From positions 83,887-107,886 of the forward strand of contig NZ_RFFK01000003.1 of the NCBI RefSeq assembly GCF_003696305.1: DNA of 24,000 nucleotides. The letters run 5' to 3'. The position numbers and the translations under genes are program-made. A model generated the notes under the pieces. The model saw nothing but the letters and a program-made list of their open reading frames with translations, searched no databases and was not told the origin of the DNA. This stretch comes from Pseudomonas sp. AOB-7 (lineage in GTDB: Bacteria; Pseudomonadota; Gammaproteobacteria; Pseudomonadales; Pseudomonadaceae). Shown here piece by piece: positions 14,827 through 23,170 of the stretch (the first letter of the stretch is position 1; every line of letters begins with the position of its first letter).

Positions 14827-16182
14827 ATGTCCGACCCTTACCTCGCCTTCGCCAACTCCGCCGCCGGCCGCCGCCTGGTCGGCGCCCTCGGCCTGCCGGC
14901 GCCGCTGCGCCTGGAGCGCTGGCTGGCCGGCCGCATGCGCCCGGTGGACGGCGCCCTGCTGCTCGGCGGCGAAGGTGACCTGCTCAAGGCCGTGCAGCCC
15001 TTCGCCAACAAGCTCACCGATCAGCTGTTCGCCGCCCGCGAAGGCCAGCTGGAGCTGCCACGCTGGACCGCCGAGCACGGCCCCAAGCTCAAGGCGCTGC
15101 TGTTCGACGCCAGTGGCCTGACCCGCTTCGAGCAACTGATCGAGCTGCGCGACTTCTTCCAGCCGGCATTCAAGGGCCTGGGCCAGTGCCCGCGGGTGGT
15201 GCTGCTGGGGCGCGCGCCGGAATCGCTGAAGGACCCGGTCGCCGCCAGCGTGCAGCGTTCGCTGGAAGGCTTCAGTCGCTCGCTGGGCAAGGAGATCCGC
15301 CGCGGCGGCAACGTGCAGCTGCTCTACGTCGGCAAGGGCGGCGAGCAGCAGCTGGAAGGCGCGCTGCGCTTCTTCCTGTCGCCGAAGAGCGCCTACGTCT
15401 CCGGCCAGGTGCTGCGCCTGGGGGCCTGCGCCGAGCAGGTGCGCGACTGGACGCGGCCGCTGGCCGGCAAGAAGGCGCTGGTCACCGGCGCCTCGCGCGG
15501 CATCGGCGCGGCCATCGCCGAAGTGCTGGCGCGCGACGGCGCCGAGGTGATCCTGCTCGACGTGCCGCCGGCCTCCGCAGCGCTCGAGGCTCTGGCCGCG
15601 CGCCTGGGCGGGCGCGGCGTGGCCCTGGATATCTGCACCGAGGAGGCGCCGCAGCGCCTGGTCGAGGCGCTGCCCGACGGCGTCGACATTGTCGTGCACA
15701 ACGCCGGCATCACCCGCGACAAGACCCTGGCGAAGATGAGCGATGCGTTCTGGAACTCGGTGATCGCGGTCAACCTCCAGGCCCCGCAAGTGCTGACCCA
15801 GGCCCTGCTGGACGCCGGCAAGCTGCACGACAACGGCCGCGTGGTGCTGATCGCCTCGATCAGCGGCATCGCCGGCAATCTCGGCCAGACCAACTATGCG
15901 ACGAGCAAGGCCGGGGTGATCGGCCTGGCCCAGGCCTGGGCGCCGGCGCTGGCCAAGCGCGGCATCAGCATCAACGCGGTGGCGCCGGGCTTTATCGAGA
16001 CGCAGATGACCGCCGCCATCCCGCTGGGCATCCGCGAGGCCGGACGGCGGATGAACTCGATGAGCCAGGGCGGCCTGCCGCAGGACGTCGCTGAGGCCGT
16101 GGCCTGGTTCGCCCAGCCCGGCTCCGGCGCGGTCACCGCGCAGGTGCTGCGGGTGTGCGGGCAGAGTCTGCTGGGCGCCTGA
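14827..16182 (+). CDS. High-molecular-weight 3-oxoacyl reductase (FabG4-like SDR with N-terminal extra domain)
   Basis: 451 aa. C-terminal SDR has LVTGASRGIGAAIA, HNAGITRD and SISGIAGNLGQTNYATSKAG (YxxxK). The C-terminus VLRVCGQSLLGA and the overall length resemble mycobacterial FabG4 as I recall it. AGGAG at 14815-14819. Confidence 0.88.
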   Translation: MSDPYLAFANSAAGRRLVGALGLPAPLRLERWLAGRMRPVDGALLLGGEGDLLKAVQPFANKLTDQLFAAREGQLELPRWTAEHGPKLKALLFDASGLTRFEQLIELRDFFQPAFKGLGQCPRVVLLGRAPESLKDPVAASVQRSLEGFSRSLGKEIRRGGNVQLLYVGKGGEQQLEGALRFFLSPKSAYVSGQVLRLGACAEQVRDWTRPLAGKKALVTGASRGIGAAIAEVLARDGAEVILLDVPPASAALEALAARLGGRGVALDICTEEAPQRLVEALPDGVDIVVHNAGITRDKTLAKMSDAFWNSVIAVNLQAPQVLTQALLDAGKLHDNGRVVLIASISGIAGNLGQTNYATSKAGVIGLAQAWAPALAKRGISINAVAPGFIETQMTAAIPLGIREAGRRMNSMSQGGLPQDVAEAVAWFAQPGSGAVTAQVLRVCGQSLLGA

Positions 16183-16190
16183 GTGGAATT

Positions 16191-16268
16191 GGTGGGCTGA
16201 AGCGGAGCGCCGCCCGGCCCATCCTACGGCAGAGAGCGGTTGCAGGCTGGGCTGAAGCGGAACGTCGC
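16191..16268. repeat. REP-type palindromic units between convergent genes
   Basis: GGTGGGCTGAAGCGGAGCGCCGCCCGGCCCATCCTAC (16191-16227) and a partial second unit CTGGGCTGAAGCGGAACGTCGCC (16247-16269). A related sequence occurs at 21897-21962. Confidence 0.5.
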
Positions 16269-16269
16269 C

Positions 16270-17262
16270 TTACGCCTTGCCGCGCTTGCGAAACTCCACC
16301 GGCGTCTCGCCGACCCAGCGCTTGAACGCGCGGTAGAAGGTGCTCGGCTCGGAGAAGCCGGTGCGCTCGACTATCACTTCGATGCGCTCGTCGGTCTTCA
16401 GCAGCAGCTCCTTGGCCAGGCGGCAGCGGTAGTCGGTGATCAGGTCGTTGAAGCGCACCCCGGCCATGGCCAGGCGCTCGCGCAGGCGCCGCGCCGGCAT
16501 GTTCAGCCGCGCCGCCACCTGCTCCAGGGTGGCGCCGCCATCGACCAGCAGCTCGCCGATCAGCTCGCGCACCTGGCGCACCAGGTCCAGGCGCTCCACC
16601 TCGGCCAGTTGCCGGCGCGCCAGCGACTCGTGCATGCGCAGCAGTTCGGGCGCGGCATGGCGCGAGGCCTTGTCCAGCACCGCGGCGTCGAACACCAGGG
16701 CGTAGTCCTCGGCGCCGAGCCGTGCGGGGCAGCCGTAGACCTGCTGGTAGCGCGCCGCCGGTGCACCTGCGGCATGCATCAGGCGCACCTCGCGGGCGAC
16801 GAATGCGCCTTCGGTCAGGGCGTCGAACAGGCGGATCACCGCGCCGGCGAGCATCTCCGGAAAGTGCCGCGGCGTATCGGGCGCCAGGCCCAGGCTGAGC
16901 ACGGCGCGTTCGCCCTGCACCTGCAGGCCGGCGTTGAGCGTGTCGGAGAGCAGGCGCACGTAGCGCAGGGCGTGGCGCAGGCCGCTGCCGAAGGTGTCGC
17001 TGGAGAGGAACAGGTATTCCAGCAGCAGGCCATGGAAGGCCGGCAGGTGCTGGGCCAGGAACAGGCCGACATGCTCCTGCCCGCACTCTTCGCTGGCGGC
17101 TTTCCAGAACAGCGCCTGGGCGCTGTGCGGGAAGCGTCCGGCGGGCAGGCCGCCGGGCGGCAGGCCGACGCGCGCCAACACCCGGTCGGGGTCGGTTCCG
17201 CTGGCACGCAAGGCATCGATTACCGGGCGCATCAGCGCCACATCGTCGGTCAGATCACGCAT
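16270..17262 (-). CDS. AraC family transcriptional regulator
   Basis: 330 aa. C-terminal AraC HTH: ...ITDYRCRLAKELLLKTDERIEVIVERTGFSEPSTFYRAFKRWVGETPVEFRK. ATG at 17262. Confidence 0.9.
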   Translation of the reverse strand: MRDLTDDVALMRPVIDALRASGTDPDRVLARVGLPPGGLPAGRFPHSAQALFWKAASEECGQEHVGLFLAQHLPAFHGLLLEYLFLSSDTFGSGLRHALRYVRLLSDTLNAGLQVQGERAVLSLGLAPDTPRHFPEMLAGAVIRLFDALTEGAFVAREVRLMHAAGAPAARYQQVYGCPARLGAEDYALVFDAAVLDKASRHAAPELLRMHESLARRQLAEVERLDLVRQVRELIGELLVDGGATLEQVAARLNMPARRLRERLAMAGVRFNDLITDYRCRLAKELLLKTDERIEVIVERTGFSEPSTFYRAFKRWVGETPVEFRKRGKA

Positions 17263-17439
17263 TTTTTTAGGTTTTCTTGTTATCCGTGAGGCGCCGCCAT
17301 CTTAGGGGCAGCAGAGGCCATGGCGCAAACCGGCGCGGCAGGCGGATTGACTGGCTTGCCGCAGAGGCGGGCAGCGCAGCCAATGTCGGGACGAGCGGGG
17401 CGGCTAAGCTGCTGCATTCATTTGCCGAGGAGTTTGCCC

Positions 17440-18297
17440 ATGGCCGTCGACTGGCTCGACCTCAACGCCCCGCCGGCCTTGCCCGGCCTGTTCCTGCGCG
17501 CCGCCCTGCGGCGCCGGGTGACTGGCCGCCGCCTGCCGCAGCTGGGCCTGCGCTGCCCGGTAGAGGTCAGCCCGGCCCACCTGGCGCGCTATCGCCAGGT
17601 CTGCGGCATCGCCGAGAGCGCCTATTTGCCGCCGGTCTACCCGCATCTCCTCGCCTTCGGTCTGCAGATGAAGTTGCTCACCGACCGCCGCTTTCCCTTC
17701 CCACTGCTCGGCCTGGTGCACCTGGAAAACCGCATCCGCGTGCTGCGCCCGCTCGGTGGCCTGGGGCCGTTTCAGGCAAGCGTGCAACTGGCCGACCTGC
17801 AGGCGCACGACAAGGGCGCCAGCTTCAGCCTGATCACCCGCCTGGAAGACCAGCTCGGCCTGCTCTGGGAGGGTGACAGCCGCATCCTCTGCCGCGCCCT
17901 GCGCCTGGATGGCCAGCCGCCGCCACGCGCGGAGCAGGCGCCGCTGGAACTGACGCCGCTGGCCGACTGGGCGGCGCCGGCCGATACCGGACGGCGCTAC
18001 GCGCGGGTGGCCGGCGACTACAACCCGATCCACCTGTATGCGGCCAGCGCCAAGCTGTTCGGCTTTCCCCGCGCCATCGCCCATGGCTTGTGGAACAAGG
18101 CGCGCTGCCTGGCCGAGCTGCAGGGGCGGCTGCCGCTGGCGGGTTACGAGGTGGAGGTGCGTTTCCAGAAGCCGGTGCTGCTGCCGGCGCATGTCGCCCT
18201 GCAGGCCAGCGAACCCGCGGCGAGCGGCCAGTTCCGTCTGCTCGGCACGGGCGACGTGGCGCATATGGCTGGCAGCTGGCAGCCGCTGCAAGCCTGA
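17440..18297 (+). CDS. MaoC-family double-hotdog (R)-specific enoyl-CoA hydratase/dehydratase (HtdX-like size)
   Basis: ATG at 17440 after GAGGA (17427-17431). 285 aa. Hydratase-2 motif AGDYNPIHLYAASAKLFGFPRAIAHG in the C-terminal half. Confidence 0.85.
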   Translation: MAVDWLDLNAPPALPGLFLRAALRRRVTGRRLPQLGLRCPVEVSPAHLARYRQVCGIAESAYLPPVYPHLLAFGLQMKLLTDRRFPFPLLGLVHLENRIRVLRPLGGLGPFQASVQLADLQAHDKGASFSLITRLEDQLGLLWEGDSRILCRALRLDGQPPPRAEQAPLELTPLADWAAPADTGRRYARVAGDYNPIHLYAASAKLFGFPRAIAHGLWNKARCLAELQGRLPLAGYEVEVRFQKPVLLPAHVALQASEPAASGQFRLLGTGDVAHMAGSWQPLQA

Positions 18298-18298
18298 A

Positions 18299-18358
18299 GT
18301 AGCCCGGATGCCATCCGGGGGGGCGGGATGCACCGCTGCCGGGTTGCATCCGGGCTAC
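18299..18358. repeat. REP pair / composite palindrome after the MaoC gene
   Basis: GTAGCCCGGATGC (18299-18311) / GCATCCGGGCTAC (18346-18358) form a perfect 13-bp inverted repeat. Inner palindromes: CCCGGATG-C-CATCCGGG and GGATGCA...TGCATCC. Confidence 0.55.
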
Positions 18359-18428
18359 GCGCCGGTCAAGCGCCGCTTGCAGCACGCCCCGTTCGAGCCG
18401 AAGCTATGCGGCTCGAAAGGAGCCCGTC

Positions 18429-18734
18429 ATGAACCTGCCCGAACTCACCGCCCGTCTGCACGCCATCCGCGACGGCAACCAGTGGAAGCGCTTCCACAGC
18501 CCGAAGAACCTGGCCATGGCCGCCAGCGTGGAGATGGCCGAGCTGGTGGAGATCTTCCAGTGGCTGTCCGAGGACGAATCGCGCCAGTTGCCGGCGGACA
18601 AGCTCGCCCATGCTGGCCAGGAAGTCGGCGACATCGTGCTCTACCTGCTGCTGCTGTGCAGCGAACTGGGTCTGGACATGGAGCAGGTGGTGCGGGCCAA
18701 GCTGGCCGATAGCGAACGGCGCTTCGGCCAATGA
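18429..18734 (+). CDS. MazG-like nucleotide pyrophosphohydrolase (single-domain, 101 aa)
   Basis: EMAELVEIFQW and EVGDIVLYLLLL (ExxE...ExxD metal motifs). AAGGAG upstream of the ATG at 18429. Confidence 0.85.
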   Translation: MNLPELTARLHAIRDGNQWKRFHSPKNLAMAASVEMAELVEIFQWLSEDESRQLPADKLAHAGQEVGDIVLYLLLLCSELGLDMEQVVRAKLADSERRFGQ

Positions 18735-19480
18735 GCGACCGCCACTTCGACGAGCTGGCGACCCGTTTCGCCGAGAAGATCTACGGCGGCGCCAAGGGCG
18801 CCATCCGCCTCGCCGTGCTCCAGGCCGACCTGGCCGAGGCGCTGCCCGAGCGTCCGCTACGGGTGCTCGACGTCGGCGCCGGGCTCGGCCACATGAGCCT
18901 GTGGCTGGCCCAGCGCGGCCACCAGCTGACCCTGGCCGAGCCGGCCGCGCCGATGCTCGACGGCGCCCGCCAGCGCTTCGCCGAGGCCGGCCAGGCCGCC
19001 ACCTTTATCCAGGCGCCCTGGCAGGAGCTGCTCGGCCAGCTCGAGCGGCCCTTCGACCTGGTGCTGTGCCACGCCGTGCTGGAATGGCTGGCCGAGCCGG
19101 CGGCGATCCTGCCGGTGCTGCACCAGTTGGTCGCGCCGGACGGCTGGCTGTCGCTGGCCTTCTACAACAAGGACGCGCTGGTCTACCGCAACCTGCTCAA
19201 GGGCCATTTCCGCAAGCTGCGCAAGGAGCGCTTCGCCGGCGAGGGGCAGAGCCTGACCCCGCAACGCCCGCTCGACCCACGCGAGCTGGCGGCGCAACTC
19301 GGCGCGCAGTGGCAGGTCGAAAGCCGCAGCGGCGTGCGCGTGTTCCACGACTACATGCCGCAGGAGTTCCAGGCCAAGGCCGAGCTGCTCGACCTGCTGG
19401 AAATGGAGCTGGCCTACCGCCGCCACCCCAGCTTCGCCGGGCTGGGGCGCTACCTGCACTGGTTGTGCCGGCCGCTCTGA
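18731..19480 (+). CDS. cmoM: SAM-dependent methyltransferase homologous to E. coli SmtA/CmoM (tRNA cmo5U methyltransferase)
   Basis: 249 aa. [59 protein letters not shown] and LGRYLH parallel E. coli SmtA as I recall it. The start overlaps the mazG-like stop (ATGA at 18731-4). Confidence 0.78.
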   Translation: MSDRHFDELATRFAEKIYGGAKGAIRLAVLQADLAEALPERPLRVLDVGAGLGHMSLWLAQRGHQLTLAEPAAPMLDGARQRFAEAGQAATFIQAPWQELLGQLERPFDLVLCHAVLEWLAEPAAILPVLHQLVAPDGWLSLAFYNKDALVYRNLLKGHFRKLRKERFAGEGQSLTPQRPLDPRELAAQLGAQWQVESRSGVRVFHDYMPQEFQAKAELLDLLEMELAYRRHPSFAGLGRYLHWLCRPL

Positions 19481-19559
19481 TCGGCCGCGATGGACGCCGC
19501 GGCAGGCCGGGCGTAGCCTGAAACCACTGGGTATGCCGCGCGCGACCACGGAGAACACC

Positions 19560-20159
19560 ATGCGCACCGCCATCGCCATCCTGTCCTTGCCGTTGCTGGT
19601 CGCCTGCCAGAGCCCCAATCCCTACCAGGCGCAATCCCTGCCGACGCCGCCGGCGCCGCCCGAGGCCGCCCAGGTCTTCGACCGCAGCGCCTACCCGGCG
19701 CCGCCGCGCGACTACGGACGCTACCGCAACTGGAGCTGGCAGGGCGGTCAGCTGCCGGCGGGCAGCGCCTGGGCCGGCAGCGAGCTGCTGGCCGAAAGCC
19801 TCGGCAGCGGCCTCGACCAGCACGGCCTGCGTCCGGCGCCGGCCGGCCAGCCCGGCGACCTGCAGGTCAGCGCCTCGCTCAACCTGGAGCGGCGCCTGCG
19901 CCAGTATTACGACGACTACGGCGCCTACTACGGCCATGGCCGGCACTGGGATGGTTACGGCGCCTGGGGCAGCGTGCCGCTGGTGCGCACCTACGAGGAG
20001 GAAGTGGCGGTGGTGCACGTGCAGTTCTTCGACGGCCGCGACGGCCAGCCGGTGTGGAGCGGCAGCGGCGAGGCGCGCAGCGGCGGCAGCCAGAGCGAGC
20101 GCGCCGATGCCCTGCGCGCCGCGGTCAAGGCCGCCCTGCGCGGTTACCCGCCCTATTGA
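19560..20159 (+). CDS. DUF4136-like lipoprotein (paralog 1)
   Basis: ATG at 19560 after [21 protein letters not shown] (lipobox). Motifs [31 protein letters not shown], and a Tyr/Gly/Trp-rich segment. Confidence 0.8.
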   Translation: MRTAIAILSLPLLVACQSPNPYQAQSLPTPPAPPEAAQVFDRSAYPAPPRDYGRYRNWSWQGGQLPAGSAWAGSELLAESLGSGLDQHGLRPAPAGQPGDLQVSASLNLERRLRQYYDDYGAYYGHGRHWDGYGAWGSVPLVRTYEEEVAVVHVQFFDGRDGQPVWSGSGEARSGGSQSERADALRAAVKAALRGYPPY

Positions 20160-20178
20160 TGGCTGAGGAAAAACCACC

Positions 20179-20739
20179 ATGTTCCCGCGTCTACTGATTC
20201 TCCCGGCCCTGGCGCTGCTGGCCGCCTGCCAGAGCATCCAGGTCGAGCGCGACTACGACACCAGCCGCGACTTCGCCGCCTACCGCAGCTGGAGCTGGCA
20301 GGAGCCGGCGCTGACCTACAGCCCCAACGACCCGCGCCTGCACAGCGACCTCACCGAGCAGCGCATCCGCGACGCCACCGCCGAACAGCTCGACCAGCGC
20401 GGCCTGCGTCCGGCCGCCGGCGGCACCCCGGCCGACTTGCGGGTGCAGGCGGCGCTGATCGTGGAGAACAAGCAGAACCAGGTCAGCACCTACCACGGCG
20501 GCTTCTGGGGCGGGCCCTGGGGCGGCTACTGGGGCGGCCCGGCCTACACCGAGACGCGCACCCTGGACTACCAGGTCGGCACCCTGCAGATCGACCTGAT
20601 CGACGGCCGCGACGGCAAGCTGGTCTGGCGCGGCAGCGCCCGGCAGGTGCTGCGCAACAACGCACCCAGCCCGGCGGAGCGCGCCGCGGCGATCCGCGAG
20701 ACCGTGGCCAAGGTGCTCGCGCAGTATCCGCCACGCTAA
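20179..20739 (+). CDS. DUF4136-like lipoprotein (paralog 2)
   Basis: MFPRLLILPALALLAAC (lipobox). Motifs YRSWSWQ, LDQRGLRPA, LIDGRDGKLVWRGSA, and YHGGFWGGPWGGYWGGPAY. GAGGA at 20165-20169. Confidence 0.85.
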   Translation: MFPRLLILPALALLAACQSIQVERDYDTSRDFAAYRSWSWQEPALTYSPNDPRLHSDLTEQRIRDATAEQLDQRGLRPAAGGTPADLRVQAALIVENKQNQVSTYHGGFWGGPWGGYWGGPAYTETRTLDYQVGTLQIDLIDGRDGKLVWRGSARQVLRNNAPSPAERAAAIRETVAKVLAQYPPR

Positions 20740-20831
20740 GGTCCTCAGGCTGTCGCGGAGAATCGCGGCGCGATGGATTATTGCCAGACGACCCACTAGG
20801 CTCGGCATCTCCTTCCCCGACTGGTCCCGCC

Positions 20832-21320
20832 ATGCCCACGACCTCCAGCTTCACCGTCCGCCCGGCGCAGGCCGCCGACCTCGCCGCGGTGGTGACCTTT
20901 CCGCAGAACGCCGACGAACTCTTCTACTGCTACCCCAAGGCCAGCTGGCCGCTGAGCGTCGGCCAACTGGCCGCGGCCATGGCCGAGCGCCGCGACAGCA
21001 CGGTGGTCTGCCTGGACGACCGGGTCGCCGGCTTCGCCAACTTCTACCAGTGGCAGCACGGCGAGTATTGCGCCCTGGGCAACGTCATGGTGGCGCCCTG
21101 GGCGCGCGGCCAGGGCGTGGCGCAGCGGCTGATCGAGGCCATGGAGGCGCTCGCCCGTCAGCACTTCAAGGCCCGCGAGATGCGCGTGTCCTGCTTCAAC
21201 GCCAACAGCGCCGGGCTGCTGCTCTATCCGCGCCTGGGCTACGCGCTCAGCGGCCTGGTGGAGCGTCGCGATCACCGCCAGCAGCGGGTCGCCCTGCTGC
21301 AGTTCAGCAAGCCGCTGTGA
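20832..21320 (+). CDS. GNAT family N-acetyltransferase
   Basis: 162 aa from the ATG at 20832. Acetyl-CoA motif VMVAPWARGQGVAQRLIEAM. YPRLGY near the C-terminus. Confidence 0.85.
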   Translation: MPTTSSFTVRPAQAADLAAVVTFPQNADELFYCYPKASWPLSVGQLAAAMAERRDSTVVCLDDRVAGFANFYQWQHGEYCALGNVMVAPWARGQGVAQRLIEAMEALARQHFKAREMRVSCFNANSAGLLLYPRLGYALSGLVERRDHRQQRVALLQFSKPL

Positions 21321-21399
21321 TGCCGCCGGCCTCCGTAGGCTGACGGGGCGGACAGGATTTGCGGCATAATCGCGCGCTCGTGTTCTGCTGGAGATCGCC

Positions 21400-21849
21400 A
21401 TGCCTGCCATACCCTGGTGGATGCTCGCCCTGCCGCTGGTCGCCGGCGCCTTCCTGCCGCTGCAGGCCGGGATCAACGGTCAGCTGGCCAAGCAGGTTTC
21501 CAGCGTGCTGGCGGCGGCCTTCATCTCCTTCGCCGTGGGCGGCCTGGCGCTGCTGCTGATGGTGCTGGTGCAGCGCGAGGCGCCGAGCTTCGCCGCGCTC
21601 AAGGGGCTGACCTGGTGGCACTGGAGCGGCGGCCTGCTCGGCGCCTTCTTCATCGCCACCGCCGCCTTCGCCGGACCGCGGGTCGGCGCGCTGCTGTTCA
21701 TGGTGCTGGTGATCGCCGGCCAGCTGGGCATGGCGCTGCTGCTCGACCACTTCGGCTGGGCCGGCTTTCGCCAGGCGCCGATCAGCCTGGGCAAGGTTGC
21801 CGGCCTGTTGCTGATCGTCGCCGGGATCTGGCTGATTCGCCGCGGCTGA
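21400..21849 (+). CDS. DMT-superfamily small membrane protein (YdcZ/DUF606-like)
   Basis: 149 aa, five hydrophobic segments. LPLQAGINGQLAK and GQLGMALLLDHFGW are typical of DUF606. GGAGA upstream of the ATG at 21400. Confidence 0.82.
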   Translation: MPAIPWWMLALPLVAGAFLPLQAGINGQLAKQVSSVLAAAFISFAVGGLALLLMVLVQREAPSFAALKGLTWWHWSGGLLGAFFIATAAFAGPRVGALLFMVLVIAGQLGMALLLDHFGWAGFRQAPISLGKVAGLLLIVAGIWLIRRG

Positions 21850-21896
21850 GTTTGCCGGCGCTTGCAAAGGCAAGTTTTGGTGGTGGGGACAAAGGC

Positions 21897-21962
21897 CCGT
21901 AGGGTGGGCTTCAGCCCACCACGGGAGTTGGCATGGGCTAGAGCGGAGCGCCGCCCGACCCC
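21897..21962. repeat. REP-type palindromic units between convergent genes
   Basis: CCGTAGGGTGGGCTTCAGCCCACCAC (hairpin GTGGGCT-TCA-GCCCAC), then GGGCTAGAGCGGAGCGCCGCCCGACC, related to 16194-16219. Confidence 0.5.
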
Positions 21963-21976
21963 CCGGCAAGGCTGGG

Positions 21977-22912
21977 TCAGTAGCGCTCGAAGCGGTAGAA
22001 CAGGTTGGGTTCGCTGGCCAGGTAGAGGTTGCCGCGCTTGTCGAAGGTCACCCCCTCGGCCTGCGGCACGCTGCTGCCCAGGCCGGCGAAGCCCTGCAGC
22101 AGGGAGCGGAAGCTGATCAGCTGGCCCGCGCCGTCCAGTTCGATCAGCAGCTGGGATTCGTCGCTGAGCAGCACCAGATGCCCGGTGCGTTCGTCGAAAT
22201 GCACGGACGACAGGTCGGTGGCGAACACCTTGCGTTCGATCCAGGCCTGGCGGTCGATGACCTCCAGGTTGAAGTCGCCGGCCAGGCTGCTTTTCAGGCC
22301 GCGGATTTCGTAGAGCTTGCGCGGCGAGTGTTCCTTGACCACGAACAGGCGGTCGCCGGCGCGGTCGTAGCCCAGCCCCTCGAAGCCCTGGTTGCCGCCC
22401 AGGCCGATGCCCAGGGTCAGCGCCCGGTAGTCCTCGCGAAACAGCGGCCCCGGCTTTTCCGGCACCTGAACCGCGACCAGGCCGTGCTGGCGTTCCTCGG
22501 CCAGCAGCAACAGGCCGTCGCCCAGGTAGGTGACGCCTTCGACGTCCTCGAAACCGCTCAGCGGGTAGCGCGCCAGCAGCTCGCCATCCGGGCTCAGGCG
22601 CAGCAACTGTTCGGGGTTGTTGACCACGGCCCAGAGCTGGTCGCGGTCGTCGTCGTAGCTCAGCCCGGAGAAATTGTCCGTCACCCCCGCCACCGCCTTG
22701 GCCTCGATGCTCACGCGGTATTCCGGCAGCCACAGGCTGCGGTGTTCCCAGGCCTCTTCGTGCCAACTGGTCTTGATCCAGAAGTACAGACGGTCGTCCA
22801 GATGCAGGGCGCGCACCTGATAGACCATCAGCAGGACGAATAGCAACAGTGCCCATTTCCATGGGCTGACGACAGGTAGCCTTCCTAGCACCCCCTTGGC
22901 AGCGGACAGCAT
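21977..22912 (-). CDS. SdiA-regulated-domain (YjiK-like beta-propeller) protein with N-terminal TM anchor
   Basis: ATG at 22912 (MLSAAKGVLGRLPVVSPWKWALLLFVLLMVY). Repeated FSGLSYD, FEDVEGVTY, FEGLGYD and AEGVTFD strands. The 667-aa track ORF extends upstream over the intergenic region and the opposite-strand USP gene. Confidence 0.75.
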   Translation of the reverse strand: MLSAAKGVLGRLPVVSPWKWALLLFVLLMVYQVRALHLDDRLYFWIKTSWHEEAWEHRSLWLPEYRVSIEAKAVAGVTDNFSGLSYDDDRDQLWAVVNNPEQLLRLSPDGELLARYPLSGFEDVEGVTYLGDGLLLLAEERQHGLVAVQVPEKPGPLFREDYRALTLGIGLGGNQGFEGLGYDRAGDRLFVVKEHSPRKLYEIRGLKSSLAGDFNLEVIDRQAWIERKVFATDLSSVHFDERTGHLVLLSDESQLLIELDGAGQLISFRSLLQGFAGLGSSVPQAEGVTFDKRGNLYLASEPNLFYRFERY

Positions 22913-23170
22913 CGCTAAAGCGCTCGCAGACAGGTGGGAAAACGGCAGTATGGCGGCCCTGTGTTGCAGTTGAACGCGCCTGCCGGCCTCGCAAGAGGCT
23001 GGCGTTCGACCGGGCGCTGCGGCATGTGTTCGGTCGGGGCTTTGGGGCAAAAGGTAACCGGGTGTTAGCCGGGCCTGGCGGCTGCGCCCCGCCTTTGACT
23101 TCGAGGGCGGGGTTGCTAAGGTGATGCCGCGAGCCGTTGAGGCCGGACTTGAGCGAGAGGAGCAACCACC

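Noticed and set aside
22913-23170. Search for an ANR/FNR box and a sigma-70 promoter (TTGACT 23095-23100 with TAAGGT 23117-23122) for the USP gene
   Set aside because: No TTGAT-N4-ATCAA-like site is present. The -10 candidate matches only 3 of 6 positions, which is too weak to report as a feature.
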